A stretch of DNA of 64,000 nucleotides from Longimicrobiales bacterium. Lineage in GTDB: Bacteria > Gemmatimonadota > Gemmatimonadetes > Longimicrobiales > Gaopeijiaceae. The first letter of the stretch is position 1; each line of letters begins with the position of its first letter. The stretch covers positions 64,001 to 128,000 of the forward strand of contig CBDCNQ010000002.1 in assembly GCA_965219445.1 (NCBI GenBank), given 5' to 3'. Below, in pieces: positions 10,467-21,672 of this stretch. A model generated the notes under the pieces. The model did not search any database and was not told where the DNA came from. It worked only from the letters and a program-made list of their open reading frames with translations. A program made the position numbers and the translations under genes.

Positions 10467-12017
10467 ATGTCGATGAGCAAGAAGCTCGAACATCTCGAAG
10501 CCCTCGGACGGGAGGCGGAGCTCGGGGGTGGGGAAGCGAGACTCGATGCCCAGCAGGCGAAGGGCAAGCTTCTGGCCCGCCAGCGTGTGGCGCTCCTCCT
10601 GGACGAGAATTCTTTCGTGGAGATGGATCGGTTCGTTACGCACCGGTCCACAGACGAGACGCTCGCTGATCAGAAGATCCTGGGCGACGGGGTCGTCGCC
10701 GGATACGGGACGATCTTTGGTCGGCTCGTCTACGTTTTTTCCCAGGACTTCACTGTTTTCGGGGGTTCACTCTCCGAAGCGCACGCTGAGAAAATCGTCA
10801 AGCTTCAGGATATGGCCCTGAAGAACGGGGCGCCGCTCATTGGACTGAACGACTCCGGCGGTGCACGAATTCAGGAAGGGGTGGTCTCCCTGGCCGGCTA
10901 TGCCGACATCTTTCTCCGAAACACGCTGGCGTCGGGTGTGATTCCCCAGATCAGCGTGATCCTCGGTCCGTGTGCCGGCGGAGCGGTATACTCACCCGCC
11001 ATCACAGACTTCGTGTACATGGTCCGTGGCACGAGCTACATGTTCGTCACCGGGCCTGGCGTCGTGAAGACGGTCACGCACGAGGACATCGACATGGAGG
11101 GCTTAGGGGGGGCGGACGTGCACGCGTCCACTTCGGGGGTGGCTCACTTCGCCCACGACTCGGAGCCGGAGTGTTTGGCTGCGGTTCGAGACCTGATGGC
11201 GTTTCTGCCGCAGAACAACACCGAGGTCCCTCAGTCGCGAGCCACGGACGATCCGCATGGACGGCGAGATGAGAAATTACTTGAGATGGTACCGGATAAC
11301 TCGAGTAAACCCTATGATATGCATGAAATCATAGAGGCCGTGGCGGATGATCGGGAGTTCTACGAAGTTCATGAGGCGTTCGCTCGAAATCTTATCGTTG
11401 GTTTCGCGCACGTTGGGGGGCATGCCGTCGGGATCGTCGCCAATCAGCCTGCGGTTCTCGCGGGAGTGCTGGATATCGATTCGTCTGTAAAGGGGGCGCG
11501 CTTTGTCCGGTTTTGCGACGCCTTCAACATCCCGCTGATCGTCTTCGAGGACGTCCCCGGGTTCTTGCCGGGGGTCGGCCAAGAGCATGGAGGGATCATC
11601 CGGCACGGTGCGAAACTGCTCTACGCCTTCGCCGAGGCGACGGTTCCAAAGATCACGGTCATCATCCGGAAGGCCTACGGAGGGGCTTACGACGTGATGA
11701 ACTCCAAGCACATCAGGGGAGACGTCAACCTGGCGTGGCCGACAGCGGAGATCGCGGTCATGGGTCCCAAGGGTGCCGTCGAAGTACTGTTCCGTAGGGA
11801 ACTCGATGCAGCCGAAGACCCGGAGGCCACGGCCGAGGACCGAATCGAAGAATACCGAACCGAGTTCTCACATCCCTACATCGCCGCCGCGCGTGGCTAC
11901 ATCGATGATGTCATCGATCCCCGTACCACACGACCGCGCCTCATCAACGCGCTCGACATGCTTCGCAACAAACGCGACGAGAACCCCCGAAAGAAGCACG
12001 GAAACATCCCACTCTAG
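10467..12017 (+). CDS. pccB: Acyl-CoA (propionyl-CoA) carboxylase carboxyltransferase subunit
   Basis: [50 protein letters not shown]. Confidence 0.92.
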   Translation: MSMSKKLEHLEALGREAELGGGEARLDAQQAKGKLLARQRVALLLDENSFVEMDRFVTHRSTDETLADQKILGDGVVAGYGTIFGRLVYVFSQDFTVFGGSLSEAHAEKIVKLQDMALKNGAPLIGLNDSGGARIQEGVVSLAGYADIFLRNTLASGVIPQISVILGPCAGGAVYSPAITDFVYMVRGTSYMFVTGPGVVKTVTHEDIDMEGLGGADVHASTSGVAHFAHDSEPECLAAVRDLMAFLPQNNTEVPQSRATDDPHGRRDEKLLEMVPDNSSKPYDMHEIIEAVADDREFYEVHEAFARNLIVGFAHVGGHAVGIVANQPAVLAGVLDIDSSVKGARFVRFCDAFNIPLIVFEDVPGFLPGVGQEHGGIIRHGAKLLYAFAEATVPKITVIIRKAYGGAYDVMNSKHIRGDVNLAWPTAEIAVMGPKGAVEVLFRRELDAAEDPEATAEDRIEEYRTEFSHPYIAAARGYIDDVIDPRTTRPRLINALDMLRNKRDENPRKKHGNIPL

Positions 12018-12099
12018 AGCGGCACCGCAGTAATTTCCCGGACTCCCCGACTGGGTCATAGGCAACGCTCCGGTGGGTTTGCGCCATCTCAGGTATGGC

Positions 12100-12400
12100 T
12101 TCCTTCCGGCCCAACGTCTTCTGGCCTTAGCCCGTGACTTGGAGCCGGGCCAGACCGTCGAGATCCGATACTTGAGGGATGGCGCCAATAACACGGTGAG
12201 TGTCGAGGTCGATGAGTTCGAATATCCGGAGGTCCGAACGTTCGGCCAAGGTCTGGGTCGCATCTGGGGTGTTGGCCCGGACGGAAACAGGTGGAACTTC
12301 GGGTTGGATGAGGATTTCGAGCTCGAGATGGCCGAGCGAATGAGGCACCTGGAGGATGTCGAGCATCGTCTGGTCGTCTGGAGGAGGTTCGCGGAGCGAT
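12100..12400 (+). pseudogene. Fragment of a PDZ-domain protein
   Basis: QRLLALARDLEPGQTVEIRYLRDG..TVSVEV resembles the C-terminal half of a PDZ domain; no signal peptide or N-terminal half. Confidence 0.45.
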
Positions 12401-12510
12401 GCCTGGCGCGTACACGTTCATCCGGTCTTATGATGAGGACGAGCCGATCCGATTCAGAATCATCCGGAGGGGCAGCGAAATGATAATTACTTCTCATCGG
12501 CGCCTTCGGT

Positions 12511-12529
12511 AATACCTATTTTAGGTATT
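12511..12529. promoter_or_regulatory. AT-rich palindrome, candidate operator
   Basis: aataccta-ttt-taggtatt, perfect 8-bp arms, ~80 bp upstream of mtgA. Confidence 0.4.
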
Positions 12530-12609
12530 GGACGTCTGCCATACGTTCGGGCAGGCGTCTGTGTGGGACTCGCGCCCTGTGCTGACGTCCACCCGCGGTG
12601 ATCGACCTC

Positions 12610-13338
12610 ATGACGAAAGACGACCCTCAGGCTCGACCACCGATCTCGGCGGGCTGTCTCCCGCCTCTGACGCTGCTTGTGCTCGGGTGGGTGGTGTGGC
12701 AGTGGATCACCTGGCCCGACGTGAAGGATCTCGTCGACAACAACCCCGAGACCACTGCTTTCATCGAGCTATACCGAGATGGCGGGAGTCGATCCGAAGA
12801 CCGCACCGTGGACTGGAGATGGGTGCCCTACAGCGAGATATCTCCGCACCTCAAACGCGCGGTGATTGTGGCTGAGGATGTCCGTTTCTTCACGCATCAC
12901 GGTTTCGAGACCGAGGAGATCAAGGCGGCGATTACCGAGGCAGTCGAGCGCGCCGAGGCGCCGCGTGGCGCATCCACTCTCACGCAGCAGCTAGCCAAGA
13001 ATCTTTGGCTTTCACCTACACGCAATCCGTTGCGCAAGCTCAGCGAAGCCGCACTCACAATCCATCTGGAGGAATCCGTTCCAAAACGGCGGATGCTAGA
13101 GATCTACCTCAACGTGGTGGAGTTCGGGATCGGAATCTACGGAGCGGAGGCGGCCGCACAGCATTATTTCAACAAACCGGCTTCAGATCTGAGCGTGCGA
13201 GAGGCGGCCCTATTAGCGGCATCGTTACCGAGGCCAAAGAGCTGGCACCCGGGAGTCGACGACGACGTGTACCTGAGGAGGGCGAACCGCATCCAGACAT
13301 GGATGACCCGAGCGAGCTTCCTCAACCGCTATCTCTGA
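12610..13338 (+). CDS. mtgA: Monofunctional peptidoglycan transglycosylase
   Basis: AEDVRFFTHHGF, RGASTLTQQLAKNL, RKLSEA, YLNVVEFG; N-terminal TM segment. Confidence 0.92.
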   Translation: MTKDDPQARPPISAGCLPPLTLLVLGWVVWQWITWPDVKDLVDNNPETTAFIELYRDGGSRSEDRTVDWRWVPYSEISPHLKRAVIVAEDVRFFTHHGFETEEIKAAITEAVERAEAPRGASTLTQQLAKNLWLSPTRNPLRKLSEAALTIHLEESVPKRRMLEIYLNVVEFGIGIYGAEAAAQHYFNKPASDLSVREAALLAASLPRPKSWHPGVDDDVYLRRANRIQTWMTRASFLNRYL

Positions 13339-13469
13339 CGGGATATCCCCAGGTCTCCCGCTGTTAGGGGTTTACACCCCCACACGCGTCTACCAGAATT
13401 CAGTCTCCACCTCGCGAGAGAGGGCCCTTCGGCCCTGAGACCCTTCCCAAGGACTCTGAGCGGCCGTCC

Positions 13470-14963
13470 ATGTTCGACACCGTGCTTGTGGCCAATCGTG
13501 GCGAGATCGCCGTCCGAATCATTCGGGCGTGCCGTGAGTTGGGTCTGGCTTCCGTGGCGGTCTATTCGGACCCGGATCGCCTGTCGCCGCATGTTCTCGA
13601 GGCAGACAAGGCGGTTCGGATCGGACCCGCGCCGTCATCTGAGAGCTACCTTCGGGGCGAGCATCTCATCGAGGTGGCCCAGAGCGTGGGTGCGGGTGCG
13701 ATTCACCCGGGGTATGGATTCCTGGCCGAACGCGCCTCGTTCGCGGCGGCCGTAGAGAAGGCCCGTTTGGTCTTCATCGGACCCCGCCCGGAGTCCATTC
13801 AGGCGATGGGGGACAAGACCGAAGCGAGGCGTCGTATGACGGAAGCGGGCGTGCCGATCATCCCCGGCAGTCTGGAGCCGGCATCCAGTTCCACCGAAGC
13901 CGCCGACGCCGCGCATGAGTTGGGATTTCCCATACTACTCAAAGCAGTTGCGGGGGGTGGCGGGAAGGGAATGCGGGTCGTGGCCGACGGGGATGACCTG
14001 CCCGGGGCCCTCGAGGCGGCGTCCCGGGAGGCTGAATCCGCCTTCGGCGACGGGTCGATCTATGTGGAGAAGTACTTGGAGCGGCCTCGCCACATCGAGA
14101 TTCAGATCCTCGGGGATCAGTCGGGCGACGTGGTCCACTTGGGCGAGCGCGAATGTTCGATACAACGGCGTCATCAGAAACTCATCGAAGAGTCACCCGC
14201 GCCGTTGCTGGGGGCCGGGGATCGGGGTGCGATGGGCCTGGCGGCCGTCCAGGCTGCAGAGGCCGTAGACTATCGAGGCGCGGGCACTGTCGAATTCCTC
14301 TACCAGGACGGGGAATTCTATTTCCTGGAGATGAACACGAGGTTACAGGTCGAGCACCCGGTCACGGAGTTCGTGACCGGTCTGGACCTCGTGCAGTGGC
14401 AGATTCGCGTTGCGCGTGGCGAGTCCTTGGACTTTTGCCAGGAAGACGTCTCGTTTTCGGGGCATGCCATCGAGTGCCGCATTACGAGTGAGGACTCCGA
14501 CCGGGGTTTTCTCCCAGCTACGGGGCGCATCGACCACCTGGAGGTTCCCTCGGGACCCGGCGTCCGGTGGGACGGTGGGATCCGGGTTGGTTCCGACATT
14601 GGACTTCACTACGACCCCCTCTTGGGAAAGCTCGTCGTCCATGCCGGCTCCAGGCCCGCCGCCATCGCTCGCATGAAACGAGCACTGGGTGAGCTCGTGG
14701 TCCACGGGGTCGAGACGAGTGTCCCGTTCCACCTCCGCGTCATGGAAGAGGATGATTTTAGGGAGGGGGATCTCACGATCGCCTACATCGAGGAGCATCC
14801 GGCCTTGTTGCGGCCTTCCGATGGTGAGGTCCGTCTGGTGGCCTTGGCGGCGGCACTCCTGGAGCATGGCGGGTGGGGACGCCCAGGCACGGCTCGGATC
14901 AACGGACCCGGTGGACGGGGGCTCTCCACGTGGCGGGCTTCGGGATGGCCATGGCAGACCTGA
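13470..14963 (+). CDS. accC: Acyl-CoA carboxylase biotin carboxylase subunit
   Basis: ANRGEIA, HPGYGFLAE, GGGGKGMR, RECSIQRRHQK, EMNTRLQVEH. Confidence 0.93.
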   Translation: MFDTVLVANRGEIAVRIIRACRELGLASVAVYSDPDRLSPHVLEADKAVRIGPAPSSESYLRGEHLIEVAQSVGAGAIHPGYGFLAERASFAAAVEKARLVFIGPRPESIQAMGDKTEARRRMTEAGVPIIPGSLEPASSSTEAADAAHELGFPILLKAVAGGGGKGMRVVADGDDLPGALEAASREAESAFGDGSIYVEKYLERPRHIEIQILGDQSGDVVHLGERECSIQRRHQKLIEESPAPLLGAGDRGAMGLAAVQAAEAVDYRGAGTVEFLYQDGEFYFLEMNTRLQVEHPVTEFVTGLDLVQWQIRVARGESLDFCQEDVSFSGHAIECRITSEDSDRGFLPATGRIDHLEVPSGPGVRWDGGIRVGSDIGLHYDPLLGKLVVHAGSRPAAIARMKRALGELVVHGVETSVPFHLRVMEEDDFREGDLTIAYIEEHPALLRPSDGEVRLVALAAALLEHGGWGRPGTARINGPGGRGLSTWRASGWPWQT

Positions 14964-16339
14964 TCGACCGGGGCGAAGCGTTTGCCGACGCTGCCGATAC
15001 CCCTGCCGAGGCTGCCGCAATCCCCACCGAGGCCGGCGAAATCCTCCGGATCCGCGGGTTGTCGTCGGACGGAGCCGGCGTGGGGAATCTCGGCGATGGA
15101 CGGGTGGTGTTCGTGCCGCGGACCGCTCCGGGCGATGAGGTCAGAGTACGGGTCACACATGGCAAGCCGCGGTGGGCCAGGGGGCAGCTCCACGAATTGT
15201 GTGTTCCGTCCCCGGATCGGGTTTCGCCGGCCTGTCCGTACTACGAAGAGTGCGGCGGCTGCACGCTGCAGCATGTCGCATACGCCCAGCAGCTCCATTG
15301 GAAGGGCGACACGGTAAGAGCGGCTCTCGGGCGCATTTCGCACGTGGACGTCGAGCCACCAGTGGTGGTTCCGAGCCCGAAGGAAAGAGGCTATCGGTCC
15401 CGTGTGACGTTTACGCTGGTGCGCCTAAAGGGTGGTCGGGTGGTGGCGGGATTTCACCATCTCTTTGCGCCCCACCGGATCGTCGACGTGTCGGACGGTT
15501 GTATTCTGCCGGAGCCGGCCGTGGCATCGGTATGGACCGGCTTACGCCAGGCTTGGGGAGAGGGTGCGCGGAGGCTCCCGTCCGGCCGAAAATTGCGCCT
15601 CACGCTGCGAGCCATGGACGAAGGAGTGATTCTCGTCGTCGAGGGTGGTCGAGGTCCGGGGCGGCCGGACATTCTTCTCCGAGAAGTCGAGGGACTCGTG
15701 GCCGTCTGGGCCGTCAGGCCGAAGGGCGGTGGAAAACTTCTGGCCGGGCTGACCCAGGTTCATGACACCCGGTTCGGAGAGACCGTCCAAACCGGCCCGA
15801 CCACTTTCCTCCAGGTAAACAGGGAGGCGAGCGAGGCGCTTCACCGATGGGTAGTAGATCAGGGAAGCGTGAGGTCGGGCGAAAGGGTGGTGGACGCGTA
15901 CTGCGGTGTGGGCTTGTACGGTCGGGATCTGGCGAGACGTGGGGCGGATGTCCTCGGCATCGAGCGTGACACGGAGGCGGCCAAAGCCGCAGCGCGCGAT
16001 GCTCCTGAGTGCTTCACGGTGTGGACGGGCGCAGTCGAGGATCGAATGGCGGAGGCCCTGCCAGCGGGCCTCGTGGTCCTCAATCCACCCCGGAGCGGTG
16101 TCGAGGCGAGAGTAACGGAAGTGCTTCGGGCCGCGGGTCCGCCACGGCTGATCTATGTCAGCTGTGACCCCGCGACCTTGGCGAGGGATATCGGGCGTCT
16201 CTCGTCTTCGTATGAGGTAGTGGACGTACGAGCCTTCGACCTTTTTCCACAGACGGCCCACGTGGAAGTCGTGGTCGTGTTGAAGAGGAACGCCGTCGGG
16301 CTCCGGAGTGGATCCGCTCCGCGGCCCGAGAGTGAGTAA
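14951..16339 (+). CDS. rlmD: 23S rRNA (uracil-C5)-methyltransferase, RlmD/TrmA family
   Basis: TRAM domain, CPYYEECGGC Fe-S motif, DAYCGVG, YVSCDPATLARD, DLFPQTAHVE. Confidence 0.85.
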   Translation: MADLIDRGEAFADAADTPAEAAAIPTEAGEILRIRGLSSDGAGVGNLGDGRVVFVPRTAPGDEVRVRVTHGKPRWARGQLHELCVPSPDRVSPACPYYEECGGCTLQHVAYAQQLHWKGDTVRAALGRISHVDVEPPVVVPSPKERGYRSRVTFTLVRLKGGRVVAGFHHLFAPHRIVDVSDGCILPEPAVASVWTGLRQAWGEGARRLPSGRKLRLTLRAMDEGVILVVEGGRGPGRPDILLREVEGLVAVWAVRPKGGGKLLAGLTQVHDTRFGETVQTGPTTFLQVNREASEALHRWVVDQGSVRSGERVVDAYCGVGLYGRDLARRGADVLGIERDTEAAKAAARDAPECFTVWTGAVEDRMAEALPAGLVVLNPPRSGVEARVTEVLRAAGPPRLIYVSCDPATLARDIGRLSSSYEVVDVRAFDLFPQTAHVEVVVVLKRNAVGLRSGSAPRPESE

Positions 16340-16874
16340 GCCCGTGCGCTATCATGTCACGGTCGACGACCTCACATTCGACGTGGAAATCGACGCCGAG
16401 GGGGTGTCGGTCGACGGGGACCGGATGGAGGCCCGTGCCCCCGAGCCAGCGAGCCGAGACCTCTATTCCTTCCTCGTGGATGGGGCATCGCATAGGGTCC
16501 TGGCGGAGCGAGCTGGCCCCGGCGAGTGGGATCTCCAACTTCGAGGGCGCCGCTTTCGTGTCGACGTCGCGGACGAGCGTACGAAGGCGATGCGAGAGAT
16601 GGGCCTCGCGGGATCGAGGGGCAACGGCCCCGAGCCCGTTCGGGCTCCAATGCCCGGGCTCGTCGTAACGGTGGAGGTGGAAGAGGGTGAGTTGGTGGAC
16701 GCGGGAAGCGCGCTCCTCGTAGTCGAGGCCATGAAGATGGAAAATTCACTCACCGCCCCGGTCCGAGGGCGTGTTGGCGTGATCCACGTCGTCGCGGGAC
16801 AGACGGTGGAGAAGGACGAGGTCCTGATGGATATGTTGCCCATCGACCAGGTATCGGAGAGCGAGGGGGATTGA
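16332..16874 (+). CDS. Biotin carboxyl carrier protein
   Basis: APMPG and EAMKM biotinylation motif. Confidence 0.92.
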   Translation: MSKPVRYHVTVDDLTFDVEIDAEGVSVDGDRMEARAPEPASRDLYSFLVDGASHRVLAERAGPGEWDLQLRGRRFRVDVADERTKAMREMGLAGSRGNGPEPVRAPMPGLVVTVEVEEGELVDAGSALLVVEAMKMENSLTAPVRGRVGVIHVVAGQTVEKDEVLMDMLPIDQVSESEGD

Positions 16875-18451
16875 AAGACCCGATGAACGATGACAGCAGC
16901 GAGGGGAGCTTCCGTACCGGCAGCGGAATCGAAGTCGATGCTGTTTACGGGGCCGAGGCGGGTGATGCGGAGGCGTCCGGGAAGCCCGGCGAATTCCCGT
17001 TCACCCGAGGCATCTACCCGGACATGTACCGGGGCCGCCTGTGGACCATGCGGCAATATGCCGGGTTTGGGACGGCGGGAGAGACCAACCAGCGGTACCG
17101 CTACCTCCTGACCCAGGGCACCACCGGTCTGTCGGTGGCCTTCGATCTCCCCACACAGATGGGGTTCGACTCAGACCATCCCATCGCGCGAGGCGAGGTT
17201 GGACGGGTCGGGGTGGCGATCGACACCATCGAAGACATGCGTGCTCTCTTCGACGGGATCGCGCTCGATCAAGTGTCCACGTCGATGACGATCAACTCGA
17301 CGGCAGCCATCCTTTTGGCGCTGTACCTCGCCGTGGGAGACGAGACGGGCGTGGGGAGGAGCACACTGTCCGGCACGGTCCAGAACGACGTGCTCAAGGA
17401 GTACGTCGCTCGAGGCACGTACATCTATCCGGTCGATCCCAGCCTCAGGCTGGCTACGGATCTCGTGGCCTTCTGTGCCCGAGAGGTACCGCAGTGGAAT
17501 CCGATCTCGATCTCGGGTTATCACATCCGCGAGGCCGGCTCCACAGCCCCACAGGAGGTCGCGTTCACGTTGGCCAACGGACTCGCTTACGTCGAGAGGG
17601 TGCTGGCTGCCGGAGTTCCGCTGGAGGATTTCGCGCCGCGTCTTTCCTTCTTCTTCGCGGCGCACAGTGACCTCCTTGAAGAAATCGCGAAATTCAGGGC
17701 TGCACGCCGCCTATGGGCCCGGCTCATGAAGGAGCGCTTCGGCGCCTCGGATCGGTCGTGCCGACTGCGTTTTCATACGCAGACGGGCGGGTCGACTCTG
17801 ACGGCTCAGCAACCGCTCAACAACGTCGTTCGCGTGACGATCCAGGCCCTGGCGGCTGCGCTGGGAGGGACTCAATCCTTGCACACGAACGGTTTCGACG
17901 AAGCCCTGGCCCTCCCGACCGAAGGCGCCGCCAAGCTCGCTCTTCGCACACAACAAATCTTGGCCCACGAATCGGGAATTACGAAGACGGTGGATCCCAT
18001 CGCCGGCAGCTATTACGTGGAAGCCCTTACTGACGCAATCGAAGAGGGTGCTTGTGCCGATATGGACAAGATCGAGGCCCTAGGCGGAGCACCGAATGCC
18101 ATCGAGTTCATGCAGGGCGAGATCCATGAGTCCGCGTACCGTCACCAGATGGAGATCGAAGAGAACGAGCGCCGGGTGGTGGGCGTGAACGTTTTCGAGG
18201 AGGAGGAGGAAGCGACGTCGGTCCTGAGCCCCGATTTTTCGGGGCTGGAGGCGGACCAAAGGCGCGGACTGGAGGCCTTTAAGGCACTGCGAGACTCTGG
18301 AAACGCCTCGCAGGCGCTCGAAGGGGTTCGATCCGCTGCCCGGGCGACCGAGAACTTGATGCCACCGATGATCGAGGCGGTGAAAGCTTCGGCCACGCTA
18401 GGTGAGATCAGCGAGGTGCTGCGGGAGGAATGGGGGACGCACGACGAATAG
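16871..18451 (+). CDS. Methylmalonyl-CoA mutase, substrate-binding (large) subunit
   Basis: [42 protein letters not shown]; no B12-binding domain. Confidence 0.93.
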   Translation: MKDPMNDDSSEGSFRTGSGIEVDAVYGAEAGDAEASGKPGEFPFTRGIYPDMYRGRLWTMRQYAGFGTAGETNQRYRYLLTQGTTGLSVAFDLPTQMGFDSDHPIARGEVGRVGVAIDTIEDMRALFDGIALDQVSTSMTINSTAAILLALYLAVGDETGVGRSTLSGTVQNDVLKEYVARGTYIYPVDPSLRLATDLVAFCAREVPQWNPISISGYHIREAGSTAPQEVAFTLANGLAYVERVLAAGVPLEDFAPRLSFFFAAHSDLLEEIAKFRAARRLWARLMKERFGASDRSCRLRFHTQTGGSTLTAQQPLNNVVRVTIQALAAALGGTQSLHTNGFDEALALPTEGAAKLALRTQQILAHESGITKTVDPIAGSYYVEALTDAIEEGACADMDKIEALGGAPNAIEFMQGEIHESAYRHQMEIEENERRVVGVNVFEEEEEATSVLSPDFSGLEADQRRGLEAFKALRDSGNASQALEGVRSAARATENLMPPMIEAVKASATLGEISEVLREEWGTHDE

Positions 18452-18585
18452 TGTCCTGAGTCATCACAGCCGTTACCTTTCACCGCTGTTGGGCCCAGAC
18501 CGCTGTCGTTCCAACTCCGCGGTCGTGCGCCACCACGGCTGCTGTACCGGCCATTTGCCGAATCACCGATTGACGCGAATCCAAG

Positions 18586-19020
18586 ATGCCCACGTACGAG
18601 TATCGTTGCCCGAAGGGACATGAATTCGAGCTGTTTCAGCGTATGTCCGATGAGCCCCGGGCGGCCTGTCCGGAATGCGGAGAAATCGCGGAGCGTCTAT
18701 TGTCCGGTGGGGCCGGCCTGATCTTCAAGGGTGAGGGGTTCTATATCACGGACTACCGGAGTGAAGAGTATAAGAAGGCGGCTTCGTCCGATAAGGAAGC
18801 GGCTCCCGAAAAGGTAGCGAGTGGTTCCAGCGGAGACCCCGGGGGAGGAGCATCCAGCGCGGGAGCCCGGGAGGCGTCCAGCGCGGAAGCCGGTTCGTCC
18901 GACGGGGGCGGCGGCAGCTCCGACGTGGGTGCGAGCGAGTCGAAGGGCGCTTCCTCTGATGCATCGGCGGGTGAATCAAAGTCCTCTGACGTCGGCAAGT
19001 CCCCCTCCTCGGACACCTGA
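18586..19020 (+). CDS. FmdB-family zinc ribbon protein with Ser/Gly/Ala-rich tail
   Basis: MPTYEYRC..GH, CPECG, FKGEGFYITDY. Confidence 0.9.
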   Translation: MPTYEYRCPKGHEFELFQRMSDEPRAACPECGEIAERLLSGGAGLIFKGEGFYITDYRSEEYKKAASSDKEAAPEKVASGSSGDPGGGASSAGAREASSAEAGSSDGGGGSSDVGASESKGASSDASAGESKSSDVGKSPSSDT

Positions 19021-19045
19021 TCGGGGCCGGGACGGCTGAGATTTC

Positions 19046-20737
19046 ATGTCTGAAGAAGCCATTAGGCAAGCGGTCCAGGGGGCTCTCAGCGGGATGGGAG
19101 TGGAGGAGGTCGATGTGCGCCTCGAACAACCCAAGGATCCCACCCATGGTGATCTGGCGACCACCATCGCCCTGACGCTGGCGAAAACACTGGAGCGGCC
19201 GCCGCGCGAGATTGCAGAGGAGATCGCCTCCCGGATCGACACCGAGGGCTCCGGCATCGAGTCCGTGAGCGTGGCCGGGCCGGGCTTCTTGAACTTCAAG
19301 CTCAGCTCCGGGCAGGTCGCGTCCGGACTCGTGGAGATCATTGCCGCGGATGACGATTACGGGCGATGCGATGAAGGCGGCGGGGAATCGATGGTGGTCG
19401 AGTTCGTCTCGGCCAATCCGACGGGGCCGTTGCACCTCGGGCACGGACGACAGGGCGCAATCGGAGACGCGATTGCGGGGCTACTCGACTGGACCGGATG
19501 GTCCGTGAGCCGGGAGTACTATTACAACGATACCGGAGCCCAAATCGATCGCCTTGCCGAAAGTGTTTGGGCCCGGTATCAGCAGCGATTTGGGCGGGAC
19601 TCGGAGATTCCGGAGGGGGGATACCAGGGGGAGTACGTCGCTGAAATCGGGGCGGGCTTGGCGGAGGAATATGGGGATCGCTTCGTAGGAGAGCAGGACG
19701 AAGAGGCGTTGGAGATCATGCGGAAGACCGCGGTGCGCACTCTTCGTGAGGAGCAGGACAGGGACCTCTCCGATTTCCGCGTTCACTTCGACGTATACTT
19801 CCTGGAGTCATCCCTATACGAGGACGGTCGGGTGGACGCCACCGTCCGAGCCCTCCGAGAGACCGGCAAAGTCTTCGATCTCGACGGGGCAGTCTGGCTT
19901 CGTACGACGGAGTATGGAGACCAGAAGGATCGTGTCATGATCAAGAGCGATGGATCTCCGACCTACTTCCTTCCCGATGTGGCTTACCACATGGACAAGT
20001 GGGGGCGTGACTTCCATCACGCCATCAATGTCCAAGGGGCCGATCACCATGGAACCGTTGCACGTGTGCAGGCAGGGGTACAGGCGCTCGGGTTGCCAGC
20101 AGGGTACCCGGAATACGTGCTCCATCAGATGGTTCGGGTCGAGCGAGACGGCGAAGAGGTGAAGTTCTCGAAGAGGTCGGGCTCGTACACGACGCTTCGG
20201 GATCTCATGACGGAAGTGGGGGTGGACGTCACGCGATATTTCTTCCAGATGAGGAAACCGGATGGGCATCTTGTCTTCGATCTGGGTCTCGCCCTGGACC
20301 AGTCAGACAAGAATCCGGTGTACAAGGTGCAGTACGCGCACGCACGCATGTGCAGCATCTTCAACAAAGCCGGCTTGGAGCGGTCATCCGTGGGCGCGGA
20401 AAGCGTCGACCTGTCGGTGCTCACTACGGACGCCGAGCGGGAGGTCATCAAAGCACTCGTGCAATTCCCGGATCTGATCCGCAACGCGGCACGCCTGCGG
20501 GCGCCCCACTTGATCTGTGACTATTTGGAGCAGACGGCGGGGGCGGTCAATTCATGGTATCATGCGGGCAACCCGAGCCGGAACCCGGAGTTGGCGGTGC
20601 TTGTGGAGGATGCGAACCTTCGCAGCGCACGGCTCGTCTTCGCCCGTTCGGTACAGATCGTGCTTCGAAACGGACTGACTGTCCTGGGCATCGCGGCTCC
20701 CGAGCAGATGACTCGGGATGACGACGCAGCCGGATAG
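19046..20737 (+). CDS. argS: Arginine--tRNA ligase
   Basis: GPGFLNF, EFVSANPTGPLHLGHGR, KFSKRSG, QYAHAR. Confidence 0.97.
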   Translation: MSEEAIRQAVQGALSGMGVEEVDVRLEQPKDPTHGDLATTIALTLAKTLERPPREIAEEIASRIDTEGSGIESVSVAGPGFLNFKLSSGQVASGLVEIIAADDDYGRCDEGGGESMVVEFVSANPTGPLHLGHGRQGAIGDAIAGLLDWTGWSVSREYYYNDTGAQIDRLAESVWARYQQRFGRDSEIPEGGYQGEYVAEIGAGLAEEYGDRFVGEQDEEALEIMRKTAVRTLREEQDRDLSDFRVHFDVYFLESSLYEDGRVDATVRALRETGKVFDLDGAVWLRTTEYGDQKDRVMIKSDGSPTYFLPDVAYHMDKWGRDFHHAINVQGADHHGTVARVQAGVQALGLPAGYPEYVLHQMVRVERDGEEVKFSKRSGSYTTLRDLMTEVGVDVTRYFFQMRKPDGHLVFDLGLALDQSDKNPVYKVQYAHARMCSIFNKAGLERSSVGAESVDLSVLTTDAEREVIKALVQFPDLIRNAARLRAPHLICDYLEQTAGAVNSWYHAGNPSRNPELAVLVEDANLRSARLVFARSVQIVLRNGLTVLGIAAPEQMTRDDDAAG

Positions 20738-20745
20738 GGGGAGGG

Positions 20746-21672
20746 ATGTCGATCTTGGTGGTGGGAAGCGTGGCTCTCGACTCGGTGGAAACGCCGTTCG
20801 GCTCCGCAGACCGCGTGATTGGTGGATCAGCCGTGTTTTTCGCAGCGGCCTCGAGCCTCCTGTGTCCGGTTCGCCTCGTGGCTGTCGTCGGAGACGACTA
20901 TCCGTTCGAGAAACTGGATTTCCTCACTGAGCGTGGCGCAGACCTCACGGGGGTGGAACGGGCCGAGGGCGAGAGCTTTTTCTGGGCCGGGCGGTATGCG
21001 TATGACCTGAACTCGAGGGACACCCTCGAGACCCGCCTGGGCGTGTTCGGTGACTTCAAACCGTCCGTCCCGGATGCGTTTCGGGATTCGCGGTACGTTT
21101 TCCTGGGTAATATCGATCCCGTGCTCCAGCTCGAGGTACTCAATCAGGTCCGAGAACCGTCGGCTGTCATCTGTGACACCATGAACTACTGGATCGAGGG
21201 GAGTCGTGAGGCCCTCGTCGAGCTCCTGAGCCGGGTCGACATTCTGATGGTCAACGACGCAGAGGCACGGCAGCTCGCGGGAGATCACAATCTGGTCCAG
21301 GCGGCGCGCTGGATACAGGAACGCGGCCCACGCTACGTTGTGGTGAAGAAGGGTGAGCATGGAGCCATTCTCTTCGGGCCGGATTGGATGTTCTTCGTGC
21401 CGGGGTTCCCTTTGGAGGTGATCTTCGACCCCACCGGGGCCGGAGATTCCTTCGCGGGTGGCTTCGTGGGGTACATGGCCTCCGTCGACTCTCAGGAGCC
21501 CCACGATCTACGGCGGGCCATGGTTTACGGGTCGGCCATGGGCTCGTTCGCGGTCGAGAGTTTCAGCGTCGATCGGTTCCGTTCGCTCAACGAGAGCGAG
21601 ATCCTGCACCGGATCCTGGAATTCAGGGAGATAACGGCGTTCGAGCATCAACTGGTGGAGTCGGATGGCTGA
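20746..21672 (+). CDS. PfkB-family carbohydrate/nucleoside kinase
   Basis: VKKGEHG and DPTGAGDSFAGG signature. Confidence 0.9.
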   Translation: MSILVVGSVALDSVETPFGSADRVIGGSAVFFAAASSLLCPVRLVAVVGDDYPFEKLDFLTERGADLTGVERAEGESFFWAGRYAYDLNSRDTLETRLGVFGDFKPSVPDAFRDSRYVFLGNIDPVLQLEVLNQVREPSAVICDTMNYWIEGSREALVELLSRVDILMVNDAEARQLAGDHNLVQAARWIQERGPRYVVVKKGEHGAILFGPDWMFFVPGFPLEVIFDPTGAGDSFAGGFVGYMASVDSQEPHDLRRAMVYGSAMGSFAVESFSVDRFRSLNESEILHRILEFREITAFEHQLVESDG

